Positions 29,656 through 38,360 of a stretch of DNA of 53,966 nt are shown one piece after another. The notes under the pieces were generated by a model. It was given only the letters and a program-made list of their open reading frames with translations, searched no databases and was not told the DNA's origin. Source of the stretch: a virus. Taxonomy: Duplodnaviria > Caudoviricetes. Numbering within the stretch: the stretch's first letter is position 1; every line of letters begins with the position of its first letter. The position numbers and the translations under genes are program-made. Where the stretch lies: positions 1 through 53,966 of IMG/VR virus record IMGVR_UViG_3300042885_002233; one strand, given 5' to 3'.

Positions 29656-30484
29656 CGCATTCCTCCATCGTAGCGCGGTGCAACGCAAGCACCGGCTCGA
29701 TGGAGCCTTCGCTGTCCCTGGAATAACCTCCGGCCAGGTTCCAGGCAACGGGCACGCCCTGGCTGTGGCATTTGCCGAACACGATCGCATCGCGCATCCG
29801 CATCTGCTGCGTGGTGTAAACGCCACCCAGCGGATCGTCGATGTGGGCGTCAGCACCGGCTTGATACAACACGATGTCAACGTCGGGCAGGTGCTTGTCC
29901 AGCGTCGATGCCAAGTTATCAAGCGCGTCTTCGCCGCTGAGACTGCGCGCGCCTAAAGAATGCAACGTGATCCAATCCGTGCTGCCAAGCGTTGTGATGA
30001 TGTCTTCGCACCCGTTTGAGAAATGATAGTCCTCATCAACGATAAGGGCACGCTTGATCAGGCCGCGCTCTCGCAACTTGTACAGCGTAACCATCAGCCC
30101 GTTGAAGGTGCAAAAACCCCCGCCGAAATCGTAACCGGCGTGGTGAAAGCCGGACACCGGGGCACACGCGACTTGCTTGTTCATCAATGCAAGATGCGCC
30201 GCTTCGTACATTGCCCCCACGGTGTAGCGCAAGGACTCGGCAACGGCCAGATCCTTATTGCCAAAGCCGTTGAACTCTTCTCCGGTGAAGATGGCTTGCA
30301 CATACTTCGGATCGTGCGCCCGCTCAAGGCTTTGCAAATCAATCGCCTCCGGCTGAATCAGCGTGACGGCGAAATCCCGCACCAGCCAATCGTCGACAAC
30401 CTGCCGGGGTTTGTTGGAGCTAGGGGAATACGATGCGGTTTGCACCGACATCTCGGGGCGATACAAAACTGGAATGTTTTTCAT
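29630..30484 (-). CDS. Histone deacetylase-family (Zn-dependent) amidohydrolase
   Basis: GFHHAG, GGFCTFN, D.DYH..NG, YQAGAD.H.DDPLGG and AGGYS motifs are all intact. Confidence 0.93.
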   Translation of the reverse strand: MKNIPVLYRPEMSVQTASYSPSSNKPRQVVDDWLVRDFAVTLIQPEAIDLQSLERAHDPKYVQAIFTGEEFNGFGNKDLAVAESLRYTVGAMYEAAHLALMNKQVACAPVSGFHHAGYDFGGGFCTFNGLMVTLYKLRERGLIKRALIVDEDYHFSNGCEDIITTLGSTDWITLHSLGARSLSGEDALDNLASTLDKHLPDVDIVLYQAGADAHIDDPLGGVYTTQQMRMRDAIVFGKCHSQGVPVAWNLAGGYSRDSEGSIEPVLALHRATMEECVKVFAESR

Positions 30485-30507
30485 GGTGGTGGTCCTTTAA
30501 AGAACGC

Positions 30508-30537
30508 AGTCTACCATAAAACTTTATGCGGTGTCAA
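30508..30537 (-). promoter_or_regulatory. Sigma70-like promoter of the deacetylase gene, with operator in the spacer
   Basis: - strand TTGACA-18-TAGACT with extended TG. Spacer reads ACCATA-N6-TATGCG on the + strand. Confidence 0.75.
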
Positions 30538-31967
30538 GCGTTCCCTAACAAACTGACAACAAGGTCCTGCAGTTCCATTTTGTTTTCTACCTTGTGGTAG
30601 ATGTCGGCGTCCAGGGTGCCCCGTGCCATCACCCGATACACGTTTACCGCCCGGTTGTAGCCAGACTGCAACTGCCGCAGCGGGCCTGCCCGTTCAATTG
30701 CTTGCTCCCAGTCATCAGCACGGTAGGTTGGTTCAATGAATATCATCGACCGCCCGCCGTGCTGCAGGCTCAGGCCCATCGAGCCGCGCTGATACTGAAT
30801 GGCAAGCAGCTTAATCTTTCCTGCGTTCCAATCGGCCTGCACAACACCGTTCCTATCAAGCTCCACCAATTTATTCTTGAAGCGCTTTTTCAAAAGATCG
30901 AGCGTCGCTTTGTGGTGGTAAAAAACAATTTGGTTTTCACCAGTCTCTTCGAGGATAGATTCAACGGCGTCAACTTTGGCGTCATGTAAATGAGTGCACT
31001 TCTGAAGATCGGGATCTTCGTCCTCGTCTTTCCAGTAAGAAAAACCGGAAGAAATTTGAGAAAGGCGTGCCACCTTTGCAGCGGCCGACTGTACTGAAAC
31101 TGTCCGTGTCAGCATGCCGTCGCGGATCTCCGTGACCATGCGTTCGCGCATCTCTTTGTACTGTTTCATCGCAGCGGCAGGGATCTCAACAACACGGTCG
31201 ATGACATTGGGTTTGGCCACGTCAATGTAGTCTTCAATCCGGACCACTGTTGTTATGTCGCGAGTGCGTGCCGCGATTTCCTCTATCGCCCCCGGTAAAG
31301 GAATGGGTTTAGCAAAATCAGTGTGCCGGTTTGGCAAAGAAAACCAGCGTTGCTCAAACGCACTGAAGCTGTTGCCCAACCGATGGCCGCCGTCTACGTA
31401 CCACACCAAAGGCCACCAATCCAAAGGGCCGTTCGGGACGGGCGTCGCCGTCATGCTCAACCAAAAAGTAAAGTCGCCAGCGTGCTTTGCAAGCGCGTTT
31501 GTTTGAACACCACCATCGGTACGCAGAAACCGTTTGCCAAGAGTTGAGGTTTGCCAAGACGCCCGAGTACCGCGTAGCCTGGTGGCCTCATCACAGACCA
31601 TCATGTCCCCAAAAGCCGACCAGTCCTTTGGCCCGTACTTGTCAAGCCAGGGAAGGTTGTCGTAGTTCATGAGGTATACATCGGCGGATGCTTTTAACGC
31701 CTGCTCTCGCTCACCCTTCGCGCCCGTGATCATAGACACCTTTGCATTCGGGAGCCAGTTTGGGATTTCACTTTTCCAGTTCAGGCACACCTGAAGCGGC
31801 GCAAGGATGAACATGCCTGGCCACCGACCGGTTGCGAACTCACGGCTTGATGCGAGCATCAGAGCGGCCCCTGATTTGCCGGTGCCTGGGTTAGCCAGCA
31901 GGATGTGTCGATCAGACCTGGCCATGCCCCGCAGCATCGCGAGCTGGGGTGCGCGGGGTAGCCTCAC
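30534..31967 (-). CDS. SNF2-like superfamily 2 helicase
   Basis: PGTGKS, CDEA, MTATP.PN and GLSLQ.GG...QA.ER..R motifs. Likely GTG start overlapping the upstream TGA. Confidence 0.9.
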   Translation of the reverse strand: MRLPRAPQLAMLRGMARSDRHILLANPGTGKSGAALMLASSREFATGRWPGMFILAPLQVCLNWKSEIPNWLPNAKVSMITGAKGEREQALKASADVYLMNYDNLPWLDKYGPKDWSAFGDMMVCDEATRLRGTRASWQTSTLGKRFLRTDGGVQTNALAKHAGDFTFWLSMTATPVPNGPLDWWPLVWYVDGGHRLGNSFSAFEQRWFSLPNRHTDFAKPIPLPGAIEEIAARTRDITTVVRIEDYIDVAKPNVIDRVVEIPAAAMKQYKEMRERMVTEIRDGMLTRTVSVQSAAAKVARLSQISSGFSYWKDEDEDPDLQKCTHLHDAKVDAVESILEETGENQIVFYHHKATLDLLKKRFKNKLVELDRNGVVQADWNAGKIKLLAIQYQRGSMGLSLQHGGRSMIFIEPTYRADDWEQAIERAGPLRQLQSGYNRAVNVYRVMARGTLDADIYHKVENKMELQDLVVSLLGNA

Positions 31968-32185
31968 TCCAAAATCTCCACAAAATTCCGTGTCTCGATC
32001 CACACCCGGGCGCCACACGACAGCGGCTTGTCGGGCGAATACACCACCTCGCTTGGCCCATGAATGGCCACGCGATGCGCGTATCGGTTGTCCTTGTACG
32101 TCTTGACCGTGAGCACGGGGTCGCGCGCACCGGTACGAGCATTGGCCTTGATGACGTGCTGATTGACGTGAATGATTGTTTTCAT
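31964..32185 (-). CDS. Small conserved-looking phage protein
   Basis: IIHVNQHVI...VYSPDKPLSCGARVWIET, coupled at both ends. Confidence 0.7.
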   Translation of the reverse strand: MKTIIHVNQHVIKANARTGARDPVLTVKTYKDNRYAHRVAIHGPSEVVYSPDKPLSCGARVWIETRNFVEILE

Positions 32186-32391
32186 TCTTTGCTTTCCAAC
32201 TCGATCAACAGGTCAACAAAGTGCTTGATCTTTTCCAAGTCCTTGACGCCGCCTTTGTCGCGCCAGCGAGAAGCGTATTTGATTATGCAGCCCTCGATGA
32301 AAGGGATGTTGTTAGCGTGAATGAATTGAACCGGCTGGATCTTCATCTTGCGATAGTGATCACCTTGCACCTGGCTATCTAGTGCGCTCAT
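32182..32391 (-). CDS. DUF3310 protein (T7 gp1.7-like nucleotide kinase family)
   Basis: QV.GDHY, G..IKY..RW..KGG..DL.K motifs. Confidence 0.85.
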   Translation of the reverse strand: MSALDSQVQGDHYRKMKIQPVQFIHANNIPFIEGCIIKYASRWRDKGGVKDLEKIKHFVDLLIELESKE

Positions 32392-32392
32392 T

Positions 32393-32791
32393 TCAGTTCT
32401 CCTGTGGTTCAAACTCTTTTTTCAGTTCTTCGTATTGCTTCAGTCGCTCATTGCGAGTCGCAAGCATCACGCGCTCTTTTTCGTGCGCCGCAATCACATC
32501 CAGAGCTTCTTGGTATTCAATGCCTTGGGCTTGCGACAAAATCCCGGCCTTGACCATTTGCTCTTTGGAAAGACGGCGGTAACTTTGGTGACAGATAGAC
32601 GGGCCGTTACCTTGGACTTCCTCAATCTGAAACACCATGTATGTGCCATCCGTGAAAGTCAGGACCAAGGGGTCGATGGAAAATTCGGTGATCTTCTCAA
32701 TGCGCTTGCCGACAGCTTGGTCTGCATTACCCCACCCGCGCATTGAAACAGCATCACGCAGCGCAACGGCGGCTTTTACTTTGTCATTCAT
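32393..32791 (-). CDS. Hypothetical protein
   Basis: AGGAG RBS before the ATG at 32791. Confidence 0.6.
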   Translation of the reverse strand: MNDKVKAAVALRDAVSMRGWGNADQAVGKRIEKITEFSIDPLVLTFTDGTYMVFQIEEVQGNGPSICHQSYRRLSKEQMVKAGILSQAQGIEYQEALDVIAAHEKERVMLATRNERLKQYEELKKEFEPQEN

Positions 32792-32804
32792 TTCAGTTCT
32801 CCTG

Positions 32805-33059
32805 TTAATTTGTTGGAATTTCCACTGGCCTTGTGCAACTCTTTCCGCAGCCTTCTCTCCACTCCATTTTTGACTGCCCGTTTTCGCAGCGCACAAAGTA
32901 CCTACGATACCCATCCTCAAAGCGATAAACAGTGCATCCATCCTTTGTGAACAACGTGTCAACTTTAAAATCGGCGTTGTTTGTTGTTGATGTCTCGGCT
33001 GCTGGTTTTGAGCACCCCGCCAAAAGAATCAATGCGGCGCAAGCAATTAGTGTTTTCAT
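32805..33059 (-). CDS. DUF4884-like lipoprotein
   Basis: Lipobox LAG|C, V..LF..DGCTVYRF.D motif. Confidence 0.75.
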   Translation of the reverse strand: MKTLIACAALILLAGCSKPAAETSTTNNADFKVDTLFTKDGCTVYRFEDGYRRYFVRCENGQSKMEWREGCGKSCTRPVEIPTN

Positions 33060-33271
33060 TCTTCTCTCCATTTACAGCCAACACATCCGGGGTCGGCCTT
33101 CCCGAGTTCAGTCTTGCGAAATTGGCAGTCTCTTGTAAAGACATTGGGCCACTCTCGGGTAACCACCTCAGTGGTCATGCCGCCGGGTTTTCCGCCAGTT
33201 GAAATTGCTTCCAAAGACACAGTTTTAAACGTGTCTTTGTGTGGTGCATGGTTGTGACAACCGTATGTCAT
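33056..33271 (-). CDS. Small Cys/His protein
   Basis: YGCHN...C......DPGC.GC.W, ATGA-coupled. Confidence 0.6.
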   Translation of the reverse strand: MTYGCHNHAPHKDTFKTVSLEAISTGGKPGGMTTEVVTREWPNVFTRDCQFRKTELGKADPGCVGCKWREE

Positions 33272-33483
33272 CGGTTGATCTCGTTCAGCGTCTTGCCAGG
33301 ATCGAGATTCAGGTCCTCGCAAATCTTGACGTAATTCGAGAGGCGCAAATCGCGAGCATCTTTTTCGATGGTGGCCAGTGTCGTGGCGTGCACACCGGAT
33401 GATGCGGCCATGCTGTACCAGGTCTTGCCCTGGGCCAAGCGCTCTTGCTTCATTCGCTTGGCAAATTGTTTCAGAAGTTTCAT
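33268..33483 (-). CDS. XRE-family helix-turn-helix regulator
   Basis: R...G.T...MA..SGV...TL..IE......L....KI...L pattern. Confidence 0.85.
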   Translation of the reverse strand: MKLLKQFAKRMKQERLAQGKTWYSMAASSGVHATTLATIEKDARDLRLSNYVKICEDLNLDPGKTLNEINR

Positions 33484-33782
33484 GGTGTTGCTTTCAAAAT
33501 GTTATCGACAAATTCTTGCACCTGCTCGACGCCGTACAAAATGTGAACCTTGAACCCCCGTTTCTCGATGCGAGGGAACAGGATCGCTTGGCTGGCTTCG
33601 AGCTTCCCGGAAAGCTGCTTCAACTCCACGAAGTAGAAGCGTCCGCCGGGCATCAGCACCAACCGGTCGGGTGCACCCATCGTGCCGATGAAGTTGAGCT
33701 TCAGACACAACCCGCCAAGTGTTCGGACGGATTGTACCAGAACTTTTTCTGCGTCGGCTTCGATTATTTTTGAGTATCGCAT
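33480..33782 (-). CDS. VRR-NUC nuclease
   Basis: E...E, G.PDR, FVELK and Q motifs. Confidence 0.9.
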   Translation of the reverse strand: MRYSKIIEADAEKVLVQSVRTLGGLCLKLNFIGTMGAPDRLVLMPGGRFYFVELKQLSGKLEASQAILFPRIEKRGFKVHILYGVEQVQEFVDNILKATP

Positions 33783-33946
33783 TCGCGCAACTCCCGAATC
33801 ACTTTGCGCAGTTCAAAAGTTTCATCCCGCAAGTCTTGAATGTATTGCGCCCGGCTGACGCGCAGTTGTTCTGCTTCCCAAAGCTCCGATTGCAGTGCCG
33901 CGATTCTCTTGAGCCCGAAGGGGTCGGTAAAAAATTCTTTGATCAT
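33764..33946 (-). CDS. Small coiled-coil protein
   Basis: TGAAAG RBS, 60 aa. Confidence 0.55.
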   Translation of the reverse strand: MIKEFFTDPFGLKRIAALQSELWEAEQLRVSRAQYIQDLRDETFELRKVIRELRECDTQK

Positions 33947-33957
33947 GGTGTGGTCTT

Positions 33958-35754
33958 TCAGTTGTATCCGACTTCTTGCAACAGTGCGTTGGCGCAACCA
34001 ATGTAATAGTCGTAGTCGATGTCGCTTGGTAGCGACGGAAACATTTCCATCATCGGACGGCAGCCTTCGGAGTTGGCCACCTTGTTGCCGCTGTCGGCGT
34101 ACTTGATGAATGCTTGCTTGGCAACCATGGTGCTGTGATAAAACCGAATCGCTTTGCCCAGGTACTGGTCGTACCAGGCAGCGCCACCCTTGACAGTACG
34201 CACCGTCAAGAACTTGCGAATGTCAGTGCACCCCCGAATATGCTTACCGATGTCGGTGCCCGATTTGATGTGCTCTGACACAGCCTCATACACGATTTCC
34301 CTGTCAGGGTTTTTCATCAGGTCGGCCGGTGTGAAGATGCCCTTACCCTTGATCTTGCCCTTGTCAGTGATGGCCAAGTAATTGTTCACGTCGCGACTGG
34401 CAACCAGTCGGTAGTTGGTGCGTTCAAGCTCGTAGCCCGTGGCCTTTTGCCACCACACCAACACCTCATACAGCCAATACAAATCTGACTCTTTGAACTT
34501 CAGCACGATGCCGTCGGTGTTGGCCGACTTGCATTCGATGCCCGCCAGATGCAACCGTTCAATGAGCATGAGCAATGCCAACTGCCCGGTGATCGTGACC
34601 TGAATCAACATCTCAGGGGCGTAGAGGAAACTGTAATGGCTGCCCAGCTTTCCGAAGGTGCCGTTCAATGTGATCTTGAGGGAATCGGCAACCACTTTAT
34701 CGCCCGATCGCTTGGCCGCGATTCGCCTGTCCACGATGCTCTGATATACCTGCAAGAACGATTCGCCCACGCCTGGTGGCACCATGCCCTGCTGCAAGAT
34801 GATGTTTGGGTAGAACGAAGCCACGTCAAAGTCGGCAATCACGTAGCCTTCGCCGGACACCACGAGCTGGCAGGTCTCCTGACTGTGCAGACCGCCGATA
34901 CCTAGCTTGTATTTGGCGCTGCCAATCGTCGCCGCGTAGCGTTTCAGCCATTCGGGCATGACGGGTGAGCCACCTTCACCCAGCACAAACTCGGTGGCAA
35001 GGATCTTTGGGAACAGGGCTTGCAACTCGGGGGTCTGGAATGTCAGAAACCCCGGATCGCGGTAGCGCAACTTGGTGTCAGCAGGAACCGGAACCTTGCG
35101 CACGGCAGTGGCCGTTGTGCGAAGAGCCTCGCGCTTGAGCACAGCCTCGGCGATCTGCGCATCAGACTTGGAGCGCAAATCAACTTCGTATTGCTGCGAC
35201 ATGGCGATGCGCAGATCGAGTTGCGGGCGCAGCTTGTTGAGCAAGTCTTCCGTGGTGATCAAATCGTTGCCGCAGTAATCGCGCACGACTTGTTTTTCTT
35301 CTTCGGTCAAGGGCTTGTCGTGGGGATAGGGCAAGTCTTGCAACCGTTGGCTGTGCATGCGGCCGCCGTACAGCTTGAGCGATGTCATCTTCCCGGGTGC
35401 GACTTCGATTAGGTCAACGTGATCCCATTCCCACGGCACCTCGATGCCGCGCTCACGGCAAATCTCCCAGTGCGGTTTGCCCGAGGTGATGATTTCATTG
35501 GACAGTTCTTTGAGCGCGGGCTGGCTGTAGCCCTGTAGCGCTGCAGCAATCATCGGTAGGTCGTACTTGTTGCCGTTGAAGCTGATCGTGGTGTAGCTGC
35601 TCATGATGCGGGAAATCGTCGCATTGTCGCCGTGCTCGCAAACAATGACCGCCCCCGTCTCTACATCACGAAACGCAACAATAGAAAGCCCGGTCATGCA
35701 CTCGATGTCAACGATCTTTGGTTTGTTAATTGCAAATGTGGGTGTGGTCATCAT
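33958..35754 (-). CDS. Family B-type DNA polymerase with N-terminal 3'-5' exonuclease
   Basis: Exo motifs DIE, FN...YD and Y...D. Polymerase motifs DFDVASFYP, KITLNGTFGK and SANTDG. Start is 35754 or 35751. Confidence 0.9.
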   Translation of the reverse strand: MMTTPTFAINKPKIVDIECMTGLSIVAFRDVETGAVIVCEHGDNATISRIMSSYTTISFNGNKYDLPMIAAALQGYSQPALKELSNEIITSGKPHWEICRERGIEVPWEWDHVDLIEVAPGKMTSLKLYGGRMHSQRLQDLPYPHDKPLTEEEKQVVRDYCGNDLITTEDLLNKLRPQLDLRIAMSQQYEVDLRSKSDAQIAEAVLKREALRTTATAVRKVPVPADTKLRYRDPGFLTFQTPELQALFPKILATEFVLGEGGSPVMPEWLKRYAATIGSAKYKLGIGGLHSQETCQLVVSGEGYVIADFDVASFYPNIILQQGMVPPGVGESFLQVYQSIVDRRIAAKRSGDKVVADSLKITLNGTFGKLGSHYSFLYAPEMLIQVTITGQLALLMLIERLHLAGIECKSANTDGIVLKFKESDLYWLYEVLVWWQKATGYELERTNYRLVASRDVNNYLAITDKGKIKGKGIFTPADLMKNPDREIVYEAVSEHIKSGTDIGKHIRGCTDIRKFLTVRTVKGGAAWYDQYLGKAIRFYHSTMVAKQAFIKYADSGNKVANSEGCRPMMEMFPSLPSDIDYDYYIGCANALLQEVGYN

Positions 35755-35826
35755 CAGTCTCGGTGGGTTTGGTGAGGGCTGCCGCTGTCTCACTCGAAGG
35801 GGGTGTGCTGCGCAACCCTCGCCAAA

Positions 35827-35852
35827 CCCGACTGAGCCGAAGCCCAGTCGGG
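35827..35852 (-). terminator. C(UUCG)G hairpin after the SSB gene
   Basis: - strand CCCGACTGGGC-TTCG-GCTCAGTCGGG followed by TTT. Confidence 0.6.
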
Positions 35853-35860
35853 AGAACCGT

Positions 35861-36640
35861 TTAGAACGGAGCGCCTGGGAAGGCGGGCGCTGATGGCGAA
35901 GCGAACTGCGGTGCGGCCGGTGCAGCGAACTGCGGTGCGGCCGGTGCAGCGAACTGCGGTGCGGCCGGTGCAGCGAACTGCGGTGCGGCTGGTGCAGCGC
36001 CGATTGCAGCGGTTGGAGCAGCGCCGATCGCAGCGGTCGGAGCAGCGGCTGCGCCAAACGCCGATTCGTCTGCTGTCACACCACCGCCGAAGCGTTCGCC
36101 GTCAGCTGCAAACTGAACCAAAAGTTGGTCGCAAGCCACCCCATCAGCACCTTTATCGTAAGCCCAGAAATTGACCTCGATGTTGACGTAGCAACCGCTG
36201 TAGATACGGTTCTGTGGGCGATTCAAAACCGCAGGGCGGCCGGAGCCAGGAGCGTCTTCAAAGATGTCAAGCAATTTAGGCGGCTGATTCTCGCGGGCGT
36301 TGGCCTGCAGGAACATGTTGCCCAAGTAGCCGTCTTTGTCGGCGTTCAAAGCACCGTTCTTGAACGGGATCTTGTTGTTGGCATGGATTTGCGTCCACTT
36401 GATCTGCGCCTTGTCACCAAACTTGGCGGACACGGCAGCCCACATGGCAGCTTGGATGGCTTGGATTGCAGCGGTCTCAGTCTCAGGCACAAAATACACA
36501 CAAGAAAACTGAGGTTTGGCGCCAGCTTGTGCTTTGGCGTTGACGCGGGCTTCGTTCAAGCCGTTGGCGTAGCCGATACGCACGTTGCGAATGATGACTT
36601 TGGTGGGCACGGAAGCGTTTGGGGTAACAGTAACTGACAT
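35861..36640 (-). CDS. DUF2815 single-stranded DNA-binding protein
   Basis: NVRI.Y, IYSGCYVN and VQFA.DGERFGG motifs, repeat tail ending PF. Confidence 0.88.
   Translation of the reverse strand: MSVTVTPNASVPTKVIIRNVRIGYANGLNEARVNAKAQAGAKPQFSCVYFVPETETAAIQAIQAAMWAAVSAKFGDKAQIKWTQIHANNKIPFKNGALNADKDGYLGNMFLQANARENQPPKLLDIFEDAPGSGRPAVLNRPQNRIYSGCYVNIEVNFWAYDKGADGVACDQLLVQFAADGERFGGGVTADESAFGAAAAPTAAIGAAPTAAIGAAPAAPQFAAPAAPQFAAPAAPQFAAPAAPQFASPSAPAFPGAPF
35901..36050 (-). repeat. 24-bp coding repeats (AAPAAPQF x4, GAAPTAAI-like x2)
   Basis: Visible tandem unit gcagcgaactgcggtgcggccggt. Confidence 0.9.
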
Positions 36641-36704
36641 ATCAAACTTTCATGTGAGCCGGTTGAGAAGTCAGATCAGTTGCTCAAGCTGATCTGGTGA
36701 GTGA

Positions 36705-36734
36705 ATTGTAGCAGAACTTTTTATGTTCGTGCAA
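36705..36734 (-). promoter_or_regulatory. Promoter plus operator upstream of SSB
   Basis: TTGCAC-18-TACAAT with extended TG, operator AGCAGA-N6-TATGTT. Confidence 0.75.
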
Positions 36735-37905
36735 CACCTGCAAAAGAATTTTCATCAGCAGTCTGAATGACCACGGCGTCACGCGGATCGTTGGCCCCAG
36801 CAATCTGCAGCTTACCTTCCGGTGTCTTGATGATGTTGGCCATCTCGGCAGCAGGCAGGCCGACACGTTTGAACGCATCGCGAATCTTTGCCGGCGTGGC
36901 CCAAACTTCTTTCAGTGCAACGACAGATTCTTCGATGCCCATTTCTTTGGCCTTGGCACGAATCGCAGATTCGTCGGCAGCCAGTTGCGCGGCACCGGCT
37001 CTTCCCCGCACGAGCTTTGTGCCGGGCAACGGATTGCCGCGAATCGCTTCGTCTAGGGCCAGCTGTTCCATGTCCTCAAGGTAACCCTTGATCGCGTCAC
37101 GCATCTCGAACAGCATCGGGTTCCACTTGACGGTCTGACCGGGGGTGGCCACGGCAGCCAGTTCTTTTTGGAACGTGGTGCACTTGGTCTTTCTGCGGCA
37201 ATAATGGCAGTGATGGCCAGAAAATTCTGGAAACGACAACGCCAACTCGGGTGTGATGGTGCCCTGCTTGTAGGCCACGGCGGCACGTGCAGCGGGGCGC
37301 ATGCTCATCGCTGTGTCTTCGATCCAGCCCACGGTCGTCTCCCAGCTAAACGGCTTGTGACTCAGGCGCGGCTGAAAGATCGTAAACACCACACGGGCGT
37401 TGCGTGGCAGCAGCAACGGATACAGTGACTCCAACACACCGGCGCCATACAGGGCGGCCTGCTTGTTGCCTTCCGGGTTGACCGCCTTGCGGCCCATCTT
37501 CAGATCCACGATGCGAAGCACGCGGCCGTCCAAGTCTTCGGTAAACCCGTAGCAGTCGGCGGTGCCGAAGCTCAGGTTGTGCGGGGTGCCCAGCATCTGG
37601 CCATAGTGCACCTTGGCTTCGACGTTGTAGCCGTTGACCCAGGGCAAGCTGCGCACGTAGTCCACGTAGGCAGCGGTGTCGCGATGCCGATGCTCGTCAT
37701 ACTCGAAATCGAATCCGTCAGCGCTGATCGTGGAGCCAATCTCGGGATAGGCCCCACCGCGAAGCACGGTCTCGCTCACCGCATGAAGAGCGGTGCCCTC
37801 GGCCGCCGCTTCGCTGGTGCGCGATTCGTCAGTGGCCGTAACGGATACGGGGCACGCCAACCAGCGCTCGGCTGATGAGGCGGAAAGAAGGGAGTGGTCA
37901 GACAT
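36721..37905 (-). CDS. DUF2800 / Cas4-like PD-(D/E)xK nuclease
   Basis: H..LSAS...RWLACP, EGT..H, FGTADC, IVDLK.G and C.YC motifs. Confidence 0.88.
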   Translation of the reverse strand: MSDHSLLSASSAERWLACPVSVTATDESRTSEAAAEGTALHAVSETVLRGGAYPEIGSTISADGFDFEYDEHRHRDTAAYVDYVRSLPWVNGYNVEAKVHYGQMLGTPHNLSFGTADCYGFTEDLDGRVLRIVDLKMGRKAVNPEGNKQAALYGAGVLESLYPLLLPRNARVVFTIFQPRLSHKPFSWETTVGWIEDTAMSMRPAARAAVAYKQGTITPELALSFPEFSGHHCHYCRRKTKCTTFQKELAAVATPGQTVKWNPMLFEMRDAIKGYLEDMEQLALDEAIRGNPLPGTKLVRGRAGAAQLAADESAIRAKAKEMGIEESVVALKEVWATPAKIRDAFKRVGLPAAEMANIIKTPEGKLQIAGANDPRDAVVIQTADENSFAGVART

Positions 37906-38317
37906 TGTTGTTCCTTGTTTTAGCGTACCTTTTGGCTTGCGGATTTGTTTCGCTGTGATACTTTGCGCCGAGTCTGGGGCGAAGTGCTTTCAGTATTTTT
38001 ACTCGGATGTCAATTTGGTTTACAAAACGACTTGTGCTTTCAATTCCCAATGTTTCCGTTTGCTGTTTGATTGCTACTGCTATGTGCTTTATTTCACGTT
38101 GCGTTCGCTCCACTACCTCTTTCCACTCGGGGCCGTGAGCAGGACTCAATGCTGCTTTGTACAAAAACACAATGTCGTGTTGCAACATGTTCAAATTATT
38201 TTCAGACAGCACAACGCTACGTTTCTTGGTGGAGGCTTCCAACACAGGGCGCACTTGTGTAAAAAACTCCAAGATTTCCAAAGCGGTGGCAACGAACACT
38301 TTGAGCGGGTCGCTCAT
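37898..38317 (-). CDS. Hypothetical protein, AT-richer than its neighbours
   Basis: GGAG RBS, visibly lower GC. Confidence 0.55.
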   Translation of the reverse strand: MSDPLKVFVATALEILEFFTQVRPVLEASTKKRSVVLSENNLNMLQHDIVFLYKAALSPAHGPEWKEVVERTQREIKHIAVAIKQQTETLGIESTSRFVNQIDIRVKILKALRPRLGAKYHSETNPQAKRYAKTRNNNV

Positions 38318-38328
38318 GATTTCTCCAA

Positions 38329-38355
38329 GAAAAAGCAAGGCCCGAAGGCCCCGCG
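38329..38355 (-). terminator. Rho-independent terminator
   Basis: - strand GCGGGGCC-TTCG-GGCCTTGC followed by TTTTT. Confidence 0.75.
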
Positions 38356-38360
38356 TTGGT

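Noticed and set aside
33268-33483. Lysogeny repressor/prophage status
   Set aside because: No integrase, att site, partition genes or host genes in the window, and the HTH is a short stand-alone protein within the replication operon.
35755-36057. Polymerase frame open ~100 codons upstream, suggesting an SSB-polymerase frameshift fusion
   Set aside because: GC-rich repeats lack stops in the alternative frame by chance, and I saw no slippery site. Not formally excluded.
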